Shown here: one piece after another, positions 1 through 8,649 of the stretch | Numbering within the stretch: the first letter of the stretch is position 1 | Layout of the letters: the number at the start of each line of letters is the position of its first letter | Assembly: GCA_963803875.1 (NCBI GenBank) | Contig: CAWDOA010000016.1 | Span: forward strand, 619,033-683,032 | Direction: 5' to 3' | Length of the DNA: 64,000 nt | DNA from: an uncultured Acidimicrobiales bacterium | Lineage (GTDB): Bacteria > Actinomycetota > Acidimicrobiia > Acidimicrobiales > SZUA-35 | Notes under the pieces: generated by a model | Database searches by the model: none | What the model was told of the DNA's origin: nothing | What the model saw: the letters and a program-made list of their open reading frames with translations, nothing else | Translations under genes and position numbers: made by a program

Positions 1-1333
1 GGTCAGCACTGCGCCACCACCGAGCAGAGCGATCCTGCTGGCGGTGCCGGAGATATCACCGAACAAGCCGAACGTTCCGACGGCCACACCGGCTGCCATG
101 ACCAATGCGCCGGTGAGATTCCGGCGGGTGTCGCTGGCCCGGGGGGCGTCGACGCTGTCTTGCATCGCCGCAATCGGCGCCACGCTTGACGCCTTGCGGG
201 CCGGACCAAACGCCGACAACAAGGTGACGCCAACACCCACCGCGAACGCCACCGCGATGGTGCGGGGAGCCAGGATCAGAGGCGAGTCGGGTAGCGAAGC
301 ACCGAGCAGATCGAACATCGCACGCAGGCCGTAGTTGAGTCCGAGCCCGCCGAGGATGCCGAGGCCCGACGCGACCAGACCGACGATCAAGGCTTCTGTC
401 ATGGTGGAACGGCGGACCTGGGTTGGGCTGGCACCGATCGCCCGCAGCAGGGCGAGTTCCTTGGTGCGTTGGCCCAAGACGATGGCGAAGGTGTTGGCGA
501 TGATGAAGATCGAAACGAACAACGCCACGCCGGCAAAGCCGAGCAGGATGTTGTTGAAGATGTTGATGCCTTCGTTGAAGTCGGCCTTGGCGTTGTCGAG
601 TAGCTGATCCTGGCTGATCGCCTCGGCCTGAGCCGGCAGCACGGCGGTGATCGCACTCTGTACCGCGACCGGGTCGGCGCCGTCGCTGTAGGACACCAGG
701 ATCGAGTCGTACTGGTCCGGTCGGTTGAAGAGCTCCTGTGCGGTTTCCACTGGATACTGACTGAGGACCGCGCCGAGCGTGGAGTTCGATTCGCCGAAGC
801 GGCTGATCCCGACCAGTTCCATGTCGACCCGCCCGTTGGGGGTGACGATGCCGTAGGTGTTCCCGATCTCGAAACCGTTGTCGCCGGCGGCGTCCTGATC
901 GAGCGAGAATTCCATTCCGCTCGCCGGGGCGCGACCCTCGACGATCGTGAAGCTGTTCAGAGCCGGATCATCGACCCACGAGAAGCCGATGAGGGGCGGA
1001 CCGAAGGTACTGAGCGGAGTCCCGTCGGCCTTGACCGGTTGGATGTTGTCCGCTTCGACCAGCCCGACCGCATTCTCGACACCGTCGACGTTGCTGACGG
1101 CGACCGCGAGATCCTCAGCCAGCGGCTGGGGTGACCCGAAGTCCGATTGCGGCTGGATTTCGAGTTCGGTGCCGCCGACGATTTCTTCGGAAAGCGACCC
1201 GAAGCTGTTGCGCAGCCCGTCGCCGAGGACGAGCGAGGAGACCACGAAGCTGACGCCGAGAACGACCGCAAACGTGGTGAGGGCCAACCGAATCTTGTTG
1301 GCGTTGAGGGTGCGAAGTGGTGAGGTTGATCAT
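1..1333 (-). CDS. ABC transporter permease, FtsX/MacB type (N-terminal ~440 aa; gene runs off left edge); frame break near codon 6
   Basis: The minus-strand frame is open from 1 to ~1318. It reads LRTLNANKIRLALTTFAVVLGVSFV, a long extracytoplasmic segment, then the FtsX block IIANTFAIVLGQRTKELALLRAIGAS. The only ATG (1333, MINLTT) is offset by one nt and lies 2 nt after the stop of the upstream ATPase. Confidence 0.75.
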
Positions 1334-1334
1334 G

Positions 1335-2126
1335 TCAGTCACCCATCGCAATCATGTGGTTGATGACGCTGTCGGCGGTGGGGGACTCGATCTCGTCGAC
1401 GATCTGCCCGTCGGCCAGGAACACCGCCCGATCGGCGTAGGAGGCGGCGATCGGATCATGGGTGACCATCACGATGGTCTGGCCCATTTCGTTCACGGCT
1501 GACCGCATGAAGCTAAGGATCTCGGCACCGGTGCGGCTGTCGAGGTTGCCGGTGGGTTCGTCGGCGAAGATCACCTTGGGTTGTGAGGCCAGGGCACGAG
1601 CGACCGCGACTCGCTGGCGTTGACCGCCGCTGAGTTCGTCGGGGCGATGGCTCAGCCGGTCACCGAGACCGACTGTGCTGATGACGGTGTCGAGCCAGCT
1701 CTGGTCGGGCTTTGACTTGGCCAGATGCGGTGGGGAGGGTGATGTTCTCTTCCACGGTGAGGGTGGGAATCAGATTGAACGCCTGGAAGACGAAGCCCGA
1801 CCTGATCCCGGCGGAGGCGGGTGAGTTCCTTTTCGTTGAGGTCGCCCAGTTCGATCGCCGCCGACCGACACCGAACCGGAGGTCAGTTGGTCGAGGCCTG
1901 CGACACAGTGCATGAGGGTGGACTTGCCCGAGCCCGACGGGCCCATGATGGCGGTGAAGGCACCCTGGGTGAAGTCGACGCTCACCCCGTCGAGGGCCCG
2001 AACCTCGGTGTCACCGGTGCGGTAGGTCTTCACCGCATTCCGGGCGCTGGCTGCGATCGTTGGCGGAGTGACCGGCAGCTTCGTTGCCGTTGACCCTGTT
2101 GTGGTTTCGATGCTGAGCAGTGACAT
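1335..2126 (-). pseudogene. ABC transporter ATP-binding protein (MacB/LolD-like), three frame breaks as written
   Basis: Walker A GPSGSGKST is in ORF 1770..2126. LSGGQRQRVAVARAL (signature) is read by manual frame-stepping just upstream of ORF 1335..1574. VIFADEPTGNLD (Walker B) is mostly in ORF 1335..1574, which starts at MIFADEPTGNLD. The middle (IELGDLNEKELTRLRRDQVG / FVFQAFNLIPTLTVEENITL / PPHLAKSKPDQSWLDTVISTVGLGDRLSHRPDE) is readable only by stepping +1 near 1858, 1796 and 1734. The net +3 puts the two ends back in one frame. Confidence 0.8.
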
Positions 2127-2423
2127 TTGGAGGTTCCCTCGTGACTAGGCGATGTGGTTACGCCATCACCGTCGTCCCGATCAAGCCCGCTGAACATGCG
2201 GGACAACCCCCAACGTCCCCCGAATGACCCTGAGCGGACCCTGACCCCGAACCCCGACACGCCCTCTAACCCGCCCTGTGTCCCAAATTGCGTCGCCCCA
2301 CCACATCCCTCCCAAGAAGCGTCGCGCCGCCACCCTCCACGTGCTCGCCCGACGCCAGAACGGCCAGATGTCGTGGAGCGACGACAGAACCAGACGCAAC
2401 GTCCCGGTATCCTCTCCGGCCAG

Positions 2424-2496
2424 GCCCTTGTAGCTCAGTGGATAGAGCGTCGGTTTCCTAAACCGTGCGTCGCAAGTTCGATTCTTGCCAAGGGCG
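2424..2496 (+). tRNA. tRNA-Arg (anticodon CCT)
   Basis: 73-nt cloverleaf: acceptor GCCCTTG/CAAGGGC, D arm GCTC-AGTGGATA-GAGC, anticodon loop TTCCTAA (CCT), T arm GCAAG-TTCGATT-CTTGC, discriminator G. CCA is not encoded. Confidence 0.9.
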
Positions 2497-2569
2497 CTCC
2501 GATCTTGGCCGAGTTCAGGTGGCGTGGTCATGTGCTGTGACGCAGTCTCGGCACCCTGGTGCGTTTGTT

Positions 2570-2746
2570 CTACGGCGTCGTGGATAGTGACCCGTATTCT
2601 GTTGGGCGGCTTGTTTGCTGACGCCGAGCATCGCTGCGATCTCGGACCAGCTTTGCCCCTGCGTCCCGTGCAGAGCGCACCGCCGCGACGAGGTCATCAT
2701 CTACCTCGTTGCGTTGTTCGACGAGTTCGGCGGGCCCGATGAACAT
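2570..2746 (-). pseudogene. small helix-turn-helix protein (~58 aa) readable only with two compensating frame steps
   Basis: MFIGPAELVEQRNEVDDDLVAAVRSARDAG continues as QSWSEIAAMLGVSKQAAQQ in the neighbouring frame (step near the GGGG run at 2656-2659). It returns near 2598 to ..YGSLSTTP stop. The HTH-like segment is ORF 2515..2700. Confidence 0.3.
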
Positions 2747-2845
2747 CGTGACTGCGGGGTCCTCTGTTCGAAGGCCCGCCAGTGGTTGCGAATCGCATGC
2801 ATCATGTCGTCGTCGGTCGACAACAAACGACCGGATCGGTAGGCC

Positions 2846-3184
2846 TCACGCACCAGGAATCTGAAAAACGACGACTACGGCGAACATCGCAACGACGATC
2901 GACGCGAGCAGAGGCAGTACCAACAACAGGCCCCGATCACCCTTGCGTATGGCCAGGACCAAGAAGATGAGGGCACCGAACATCGCTACGCCAAGAAACG
3001 GGATCGGCCACAACACCCCGAAAAACACTGCGACGCGTCCTTCAAGAGTCGTCGGCAGAACCGAGCGACCCCACAACGTCCAGCGGGCAGTCTCGGAATC
3101 GGCGGGCTGGTGTTGGTAGGGCTGCTGTTCGTGCTGTACGCCCTCGCCTCGTTTCTTCTCGACCATCTTGGTTCTACGTGTCAT
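2846..3184 (-). CDS. hypothetical membrane protein (2-3 predicted TM segments)
   Basis: ORF with a polar N-terminus, then hydrophobic stretches VAVFFGVLWPIPFLGVAMFGALIFLVLAI and LLLVLPLLASIVVAMFAVVVVF. Start is ATG at 3184 (GTG at 3193 also possible). Confidence 0.45.
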   Translation of the reverse strand: MTRRTKMVEKKRGEGVQHEQQPYQHQPADSETARWTLWGRSVLPTTLEGRVAVFFGVLWPIPFLGVAMFGALIFLVLAIRKGDRGLLLVLPLLASIVVAMFAVVVVFQIPGA

Positions 3185-3445
3185 CGGAACCACCTCTTTC
3201 GGTTTGTGACCACCCGGAAAAATCGGATGTCTCTAGCTTCTTTCTGCCACGTCAGCGTCGCCGCCACCAGAGCCGAATGACCAGATCTTCGGCGAGAGTC
3301 CGTGCTCGGGCCGCCAGACCGGATTGCGGCAGAATGGCCGCCCGACCGAAGAGCTCACCTCGCATATTGATAAACGTTCGATTCGAACGACCCCTCAGCT
3401 TGCAGCGTTTCTGAATATCCCCACTGACGATTCGATCGACTCAGC

Positions 3446-3841
3446 TTGAACGTCGGTACTGATCAGGCCAAGAACTTCAAGGACCTTGCAGCCCCTCTCT
3501 GCGAAGACGCCGAGTCGGCGAAGAAGATCGGCGAGTACAAACAGGCCGTCGAGGCCGAACCCGTTGCACACCAGCTCGGCGAACTCCGTTGCGAACTTGG
3601 AGTCGACGAAGTAGAGCTAGCTGAACGGCTCGGGACGAGCCAGGTCGTTTCGTCGAGACGCATGCTCGCCGATTTGATCGATCTCTTCGGGTGCGAGCGG
3701 TCGTGCGAAGCTGCTCATGTACGTCATGCGTTTCATCCAGACCTCATCCTCCTGATCCCCGGTCCTGCGAGAGACGCTAGTGGAAGGTCGGGCCGCATCG
3801 TCAAGGTGCTGCGGCGTGCACGAGCCAGCTCAACTCGATGA
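3446..3841 (+). CDS. hypothetical protein with XRE-like HTH segment (weak call)
   Basis: The TTG-start ORF contains LGELRCELGVDEVELAERLGTSQVVSS, which resembles an XRE-type HTH. The region looks lower in GC. The C-terminal third looks non-protein-like. Confidence 0.25.
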   Translation: MNVGTDQAKNFKDLAAPLCEDAESAKKIGEYKQAVEAEPVAHQLGELRCELGVDEVELAERLGTSQVVSSRRMLADLIDLFGCERSCEAAHVRHAFHPDLILLIPGPARDASGRSGRIVKVLRRARASSTR

Positions 3842-3912
3842 ACACTTGGCGATCCACGAGTCGGCGTGGGTATCAGTTTGGATGTCCAGAATGGTCCTAG
3901 TCTGGCCACTTC

Positions 3913-4248
3913 ATGGTTCTGGTGGTACTCACGCTTGGTTCGGCAGGAGCCTTTCTGTTCTATGGGTATGAGACGCTGTTTGGGGATCCTCGGCGAGCGG
4001 AGTTCGAGCGCTACGGGATGTCGAGACTGAGAGTCTTTGTCGGATGTATGCAAGTGCTGGGAGCGGTGGGCACTTTGATCGGGCTCGCATCTGCCCCGAT
4101 CGGGGCTGCGGCCGCTGGTGGTTTGACATTGATGATGTTGCTCGGCTTGCTCGTGCGGTACCGGATTCACGATGCGCCTCGGTTGATGGTGCCGGCAGCA
4201 ACGCTCGCTGCGGTCAACGGTGCGCTTCTCTTCCTTCACCTGGGGTGA
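3913..4248 (+). CDS. DoxX-like family small membrane protein
   Basis: 111 aa, about 4 hydrophobic segments, with a pattern typical of DoxX-like proteins (FxxYGxxxxxRxxxGxxxxxGAxGxLxG ... RxHD). Confidence 0.7.
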   Translation: MVLVVLTLGSAGAFLFYGYETLFGDPRRAEFERYGMSRLRVFVGCMQVLGAVGTLIGLASAPIGAAAAGGLTLMMLLGLLVRYRIHDAPRLMVPAATLAAVNGALLFLHLG

Positions 4249-4262
4249 GTCGCGGACACGCA
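4188..4262. repeat. direct repeat copy 1 (3' end of the DoxX-like gene plus 14 nt)
   Basis: 75 nt, about 90% identical to 6953..7027. The first 33 nt are identical (GGTGCCGGCAGCAACGCTCGCTGCGGTCAACGG). Confidence 0.9.
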
Positions 4263-4370
4263 GCGATAGCTTCCATCACGGTGTCGAACTGATCACAGCT
4301 CGGTGAGGCAGTGGTCACACGGCGGCCACTCGACTTAGCACTAAATGCTGAGCGGGTCTTTACTCTGGCC

Positions 4371-5189
4371 ATGTCCTTCGAGAATCTCTATGACTACTCC
4401 TCAACTCAGTTCGAGATAGTACTGAGCGTCTTTACCCTGACGGCCGCAGTGTTTGCTGCGGTGCTCGTGTACTCGCTGGCAACAGCCGGGTCCATTGCCC
4501 CCCGCTATCGCATCACGTCGTATTTGACCGGCGTGGTCATGGTCAGCGCAGTGCTGGAGCTCGGACTGTTGGCCCTCCGATGGTCAGGCTCGTTCTCCTG
4601 GAACGGGGAGAGCTACACCCTCACCGGCGACCTGTTCTCCAACGGTTTCCGCTACATGAACTGGAGCATCGACGTTCCTGTCCTGCTCACACAGCTACTG
4701 GTGGTGGCCGGCATCACCGGAGGTGTGTTCTTCCGCCGGTGGGCCTCCTTCGTCGTGGCCGGTCTCGCAATGATCTGGACCGGCTACGTCGGTCAGTTCG
4801 ACGAAGTCGACGGAGGCGCCCAGTTCTGGATCTGGGGTGCCATCAGCACCGTCTTCTATTTGTGGCTTCTCTATGTCGCCTATCAGACCATCAGCGATGC
4901 CCGTGCGAATGCCTCAGAGTCGGTGAGCCGCCTCTTCGGCATCGTGTGGATCCTCTTCCTCGTCTCCTGGACGATCTACCCCGTTGCATACCTCATGCCC
5001 CAGATCTGGGACACGGCCAACGGTGTGGTTGCACGCAACCTGATCTACAGCTTCGCCGACATCAGCTCCAAGGCTGTGTACGGCATCCTTCTTGCCGTGA
5101 TCGCCCAGAAGGTGAGCGCCGAAAAGGGTTTCAAGCCGGCCATCGAATCGGACTTCTGGTCTGACCGCAAGGCGGAGGTGGCGCCATGA
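4371..5189 (+). CDS. microbial (type I) rhodopsin, NDQ motif = sodium-pumping rhodopsin type
   Basis: Seven hydrophobic segments. Helix C reads RYMNWSIDVPVLLTQ (N/D/Q at the BR D85/T89/D96 positions). The retinal lysine is in FADISSKAVYG. The protein aligns along its length with KR2-type NaR as I recall it (GDLFSNGFRY, WGAIS, IWILFLVSWTIYPVAYLMP). Start is ATG 4371 (MSFENLYDY), with GTG 4311 possible. Confidence 0.9.
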   Translation: MSFENLYDYSSTQFEIVLSVFTLTAAVFAAVLVYSLATAGSIAPRYRITSYLTGVVMVSAVLELGLLALRWSGSFSWNGESYTLTGDLFSNGFRYMNWSIDVPVLLTQLLVVAGITGGVFFRRWASFVVAGLAMIWTGYVGQFDEVDGGAQFWIWGAISTVFYLWLLYVAYQTISDARANASESVSRLFGIVWILFLVSWTIYPVAYLMPQIWDTANGVVARNLIYSFADISSKAVYGILLAVIAQKVSAEKGFKPAIESDFWSDRKAEVAP

Positions 5190-5665
5190 CGACCGTGGCG
5201 ACAACCTCCCCCCTTGACCGGCCCTATCCCGAGCACGAGTCGAAGCCGTTCTTTGCGGAAACGATCACTCTCCTCCGATCGGTCAGGGATCACGATTTCG
5301 ACACGCTGGCTGGATTGTGCGATGACGACTACGGGATCGTCGACATCGCTCCCGACGGGACAAACGTGGCCATCAGGACCCGTGAAGAGTGGGAGGGATG
5401 GTTCCACGGTCTCTTCGGTCAGCTGACCGCAATGGGCGCTGATACCGACAGCGAGATACTGGCCTATGACGCCGTGGGTGCAGAGTCGATGGGCTATTCG
5501 GTACTCGAATTCCGACAGACCTTGAAGGTGGGCGACCTCGTGGCGTCATTCGACTGCATGACCACCATCGTGTGGAAGAAGGCCGACGGCGTCTGGCGCG
5601 AAGCTCGATGGCACGGTTCGGTGTTGTCCAGCGACGTGCCCCCGGGACTGGGAAGCGATTCGTGA
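5186..5665 (+). CDS. NTF2-like / SnoaL-like (DUF4440-type) small protein
   Basis: 159 aa. The ATG overlaps the rhodopsin stop (ATGA, 4-nt overlap). The pattern LLRSVRDHDFDTLAGLCDDDY ... EWEGWF ... TTIVWKKADGVWREARWHGS is typical of the NTF2-like fold. Confidence 0.7.
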   Translation: MTTVATTSPLDRPYPEHESKPFFAETITLLRSVRDHDFDTLAGLCDDDYGIVDIAPDGTNVAIRTREEWEGWFHGLFGQLTAMGADTDSEILAYDAVGAESMGYSVLEFRQTLKVGDLVASFDCMTTIVWKKADGVWREARWHGSVLSSDVPPGLGSDS

Positions 5666-5877
5666 GGTTCAAGAGGAGCCAACAAAGGCATCCACGCTGA
5701 ACAATCTGCCCTATCCCGTGCGAGCCAAACCGCCATTCCGTGTGGCAGGCTTCCTCGCTTTCCTCTTCTCGGTCTACCTCTAGTTCGTGCAGGGCGAGCA
5801 AATGATCGGCATCTTCGTCGGTCTCTGGGTCCGGTCGATCCACTCGCTCGGAACTCTGGTGCTGATCCCCGTTGCAG

Positions 5878-6873
5878 TCAGCTCGAAAGAACTTGCGTGG
5901 GTAGTTCGAGCCCGGCCTCAAACCCCGAGATGTTCTCCATTGTGACCCGGGCAATGGTGGTGAGCGCCGTCTCGGTGAAAAAGGCCTGGTGCCCGGTGAT
6001 CAATACGTTCGGAAACGTCATCAGGCGGGCGAAGGTATCGTCGAGCAACACCTCGGCAGAAAGATCCTCGAAGAACAGTCTTGATTCTTCCTCGTAGACG
6101 TCGAGCCCCAGGTGACCGATCTTGCCCGATTTCAGTCCGTCGATTGCAGCCTCCGCGTCCACGAGCGCACCCCGGCTCGTGTTGATGATCATGACCCCGT
6201 CCTTCATCACAGCCAGCCGTTCTCGATTGACGAGGTGGAAAGTCTCGGGGGTCAGTGGACAGTGGAGCGAGATGATGTCCGAGGCAGCGAGCACGTCATC
6301 GACCGGTGCGTAGGTTCCGCCCAACTCGAGGATCCGCTGGTTCTCGAACGGGTCAGCAGCAAGCAGTACGGTGCCGAACCCTGCCATGATCTCAGCGAAA
6401 CACGCGCCGATTTCGCCGGTGCCGATGATGCCGACCGTGCGACCATGAAGGTCGAAGCCGAGCAACCCGTCGAGGGCGAAGTTGCCATCCCGAACGCGGT
6501 TGTACGCTCGGTGGATCTTGCGGTTGAGGGACAGGATCAGGCCGACGCAGTGCTCGGCGACCGCGTGAGGCGAGTACCGGGGGACTCGCGCCACTGTCAG
6601 CCCCAGCCGGGTGGCAGCGTCGAGATCGACATGGTTGAAGCCGGCCGAGCGGAGTGCTACCAGGTTCGTTCCGCCCTCAGCGAGGACCTCGAGTGTGGTA
6701 GCGCCGAGATCGTCGTTCACGAACGGGCATACCACCTCAGCGCCTGAGGCCAGTCTGGCTGTGCCCGGATTCAGGCGGGTCTCGTAGAAGTGGAGTTCGT
6801 GGCCTGCGGTCGTGTTTGCAGCGCGCAGGAAGTGCTCGTCGTACGACCTCGCGCTGAAGACTGCTACACGCAT
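5878..6873 (-). CDS. ldhA: D-lactate dehydrogenase-like D-isomer 2-hydroxyacid dehydrogenase
   Basis: 331 aa, collinear with E. coli LdhA as recalled ([83 protein letters not shown]). Confidence 0.85.
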   Translation of the reverse strand: MRVAVFSARSYDEHFLRAANTTAGHELHFYETRLNPGTARLASGAEVVCPFVNDDLGATTLEVLAEGGTNLVALRSAGFNHVDLDAATRLGLTVARVPRYSPHAVAEHCVGLILSLNRKIHRAYNRVRDGNFALDGLLGFDLHGRTVGIIGTGEIGACFAEIMAGFGTVLLAADPFENQRILELGGTYAPVDDVLAASDIISLHCPLTPETFHLVNRERLAVMKDGVMIINTSRGALVDAEAAIDGLKSGKIGHLGLDVYEEESRLFFEDLSAEVLLDDTFARLMTFPNVLITGHQAFFTETALTTIARVTMENISGFEAGLELPTQVLSS

Positions 6874-6952
6874 GGGTTGACGCTACCAAAGCCCGGAGAA
6901 CCAGAGCTAGCCGACGAGCTGGGAACGGTTCTGTCCCATTACGAATCGCGTG

Positions 6953-7027
6953 GGTGCCGGCAGCAACGCTCGCTGCGGTCAACGGAGCGCATCGTTTCCT
7001 TCACCTGAGGTGAGTCGCGCAGACGCA
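6953..7027. repeat. direct repeat copy 2 (orphan relic of the DoxX-like 3' end)
   Basis: Reads VPAATLAAVNGAHRFLHLR-stop, versus VPAATLAAVNGALLFLHLG-stop in the intact gene. No upstream coding part is present. Confidence 0.9.
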
Positions 7028-7031
7028 ATTC

Positions 7032-7418
7032 CTACCGGCCGTCGTGGTTTCCGCCGTTGAGGATCGCCGCTACTGCTGCTCCGGTGAAGACTGAGATGGC
7101 AGGTATGGAGCGCTTGAGGGGATCCTTGACTTTGACGTGCATTCCGATTGCCCCGAGCATCATTGTGGCGAGGCCGATTGATGCTGGCCGAGCGATCTTG
7201 GGGACGAAGAGCCCGATCAGCATCATGATGGCGAGGCTCACCTTCGTGGCTCCGACTACGTACATGGTTCTTTCCGAGAGTCCGTATTCCTCAAACTCTT
7301 CTCGCATGTTCGTTGCGTCACCGCCTCGATATCCGGTGTCTTTGTTGAATCGGTTGAACCAGACGTTGAGGAGCCAGAGTGCGGATGCGGTTTGGGCGAT
7401 CTTGCCGATGATGGTCAT
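7032..7418 (-). CDS. DoxX-like family membrane protein (second, divergent copy)
   Basis: 128 aa with hydrophobic segments. The EEFEEYGLSERTMYVVGATKVSLAIMMLIGL ... MHVKVKD pattern matches the DoxX-like family. Confidence 0.65.
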   Translation of the reverse strand: MTIIGKIAQTASALWLLNVWFNRFNKDTGYRGGDATNMREEFEEYGLSERTMYVVGATKVSLAIMMLIGLFVPKIARPASIGLATMMLGAIGMHVKVKDPLKRSIPAISVFTGAAVAAILNGGNHDGR

Positions 7419-7719
7419 GTCAAAACCCTTCGTTCAGGCCACAGCGGATCTGTGATCACACGTTCCCCACATGTTCGGGGATGAAACCATCGTATGACGT
7501 GCGCTGCGTCACCGGAAACTGAGCAGACGAAGTGTCGTGATCAGCGTGTCGCGGCCGGATCCGGCGTTCTCGGCACCTCGCGGGCTAGACCCGCCGCCAG
7601 GTTTGGAGCCAAACGATGGTCGACATCGAAACCCTCGGCAGTCGCCCGGCTTGCGAGCGGCAATGGCACCGATGTTCCGGTGAGTCGGTCACCCAGGATC
7701 CGGTTGATGTCGAGTTGTC

Positions 7720-8649
7720 TCACGACCTCGCGGGGCCGGACGCGGGGAGTGGTTGGCGGAACAGTCCGTCCGGGATCGGGGCGTTGCAGCGCACTAATGC
7801 GAGTTGCCAGGATGGTGATGCGCCGAGTGCCCATCGGAGTGCGCCCGTAGCGTTCTTTCCGATTCCGGCCGCGCGTTTGCCTGGCTCGACGTCCAGTTGG
7901 GTTCGGATGTCGGAGGGAATCGTGGTCAGGGCGGCTTCGAACAGCAGCCGGTAGCCGATCTTGACCGGCGGGTTCAGCGGAGGGTTGCGGAGAAAGCTGA
8001 TGGCGCTCGCCTGTGCTTTGGTCGCGACGCGATCGGGATGGTTGGTGATCCAGTGAGAGAGTTCTTCCGCTGTTTCGGGAAGCGGATCAGCACCCAAGAG
8101 CTTGCCGATCCGGGTCTGTTCGGCCACAAAACGGTCAGCGTCCGCGACGCTGAGCCGGTCTGGGCCGAACGCCTGGTAGGAAGCAAGGAACGAGTCGGTC
8201 AAGACGTTGTGGACCCATGCCGCCATCTCGGGACGGCTGGCACTGTAGGGGAGGTTCCGTTCAGACAATCCTTTCACGGGACGGTGTGCTCGACGAACAA
8301 CCTGCACGGCGGATTCAACCTCGGGCATCGCCCCATAGGTGGTTTCAGTGACATACACCGAGGTACGCGACAATCGTCCGAGAGGGTCCGAGCGATAGGT
8401 CGAGTGGTCCTCCACCCCGGCTACAACTTCAGCGTGGGCAGACTGGACCACCAGTGCCCGGATCCCTCCCACGAACACCGCAGCATCGCCGAGCACTCGC
8501 CACGACACCGACTCGGGTCCGAGCAGTCCAGGATCGCCGGGGAAGTCCAGAGTGTTCGCCAACGGTGTTGGGCCGTGTGAGAACAGGCCCGTCATCGCCG
8601 ACACAACCGGGTCACGAAGCTTGCGGCTCAAATTGCTCATGGCCAACAC
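7720..8649 (-). CDS. DUF2236 / MpaB-type oxygenase family protein
   Basis: 309-aa ORF. The segment SVSWRVLGDAAVFVGGIRALVVQSAHAEVVAGVEDHS is characteristic of DUF2236. The C-terminal ~40 aa look less protein-like. ATG at 8640 is an alternative start. Confidence 0.65.
   Translation of the reverse strand: MLAMSNLSRKLRDPVVSAMTGLFSHGPTPLANTLDFPGDPGLLGPESVSWRVLGDAAVFVGGIRALVVQSAHAEVVAGVEDHSTYRSDPLGRLSRTSVYVTETTYGAMPEVESAVQVVRRAHRPVKGLSERNLPYSASRPEMAAWVHNVLTDSFLASYQAFGPDRLSVADADRFVAEQTRIGKLLGADPLPETAEELSHWITNHPDRVATKAQASAISFLRNPPLNPPVKIGYRLLFEAALTTIPSDIRTQLDVEPGKRAAGIGKNATGALRWALGASPSWQLALVRCNAPIPDGLFRQPLPASGPARS

Noticed and set aside
3376-3384. GTTCGATTC matching the T-arm of the tRNA-Arg as a possible att site for an island
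   Set aside because: Only 9 nt match, inside a local palindrome. No integrase gene is present, so the match is too short to distinguish from chance.
3620-3737. Minus-strand reading MKRMTYMSSFARPLAPEEIDQIGEHASRRNDLA, which resembles the start of a BLUF blue-light sensor next to the rhodopsin region
   Set aside because: The frame hits a stop after 39 codons. The continuation lacks the conserved FxQxLEG glutamine block, so the resemblance is limited to a loose N-terminal pattern.
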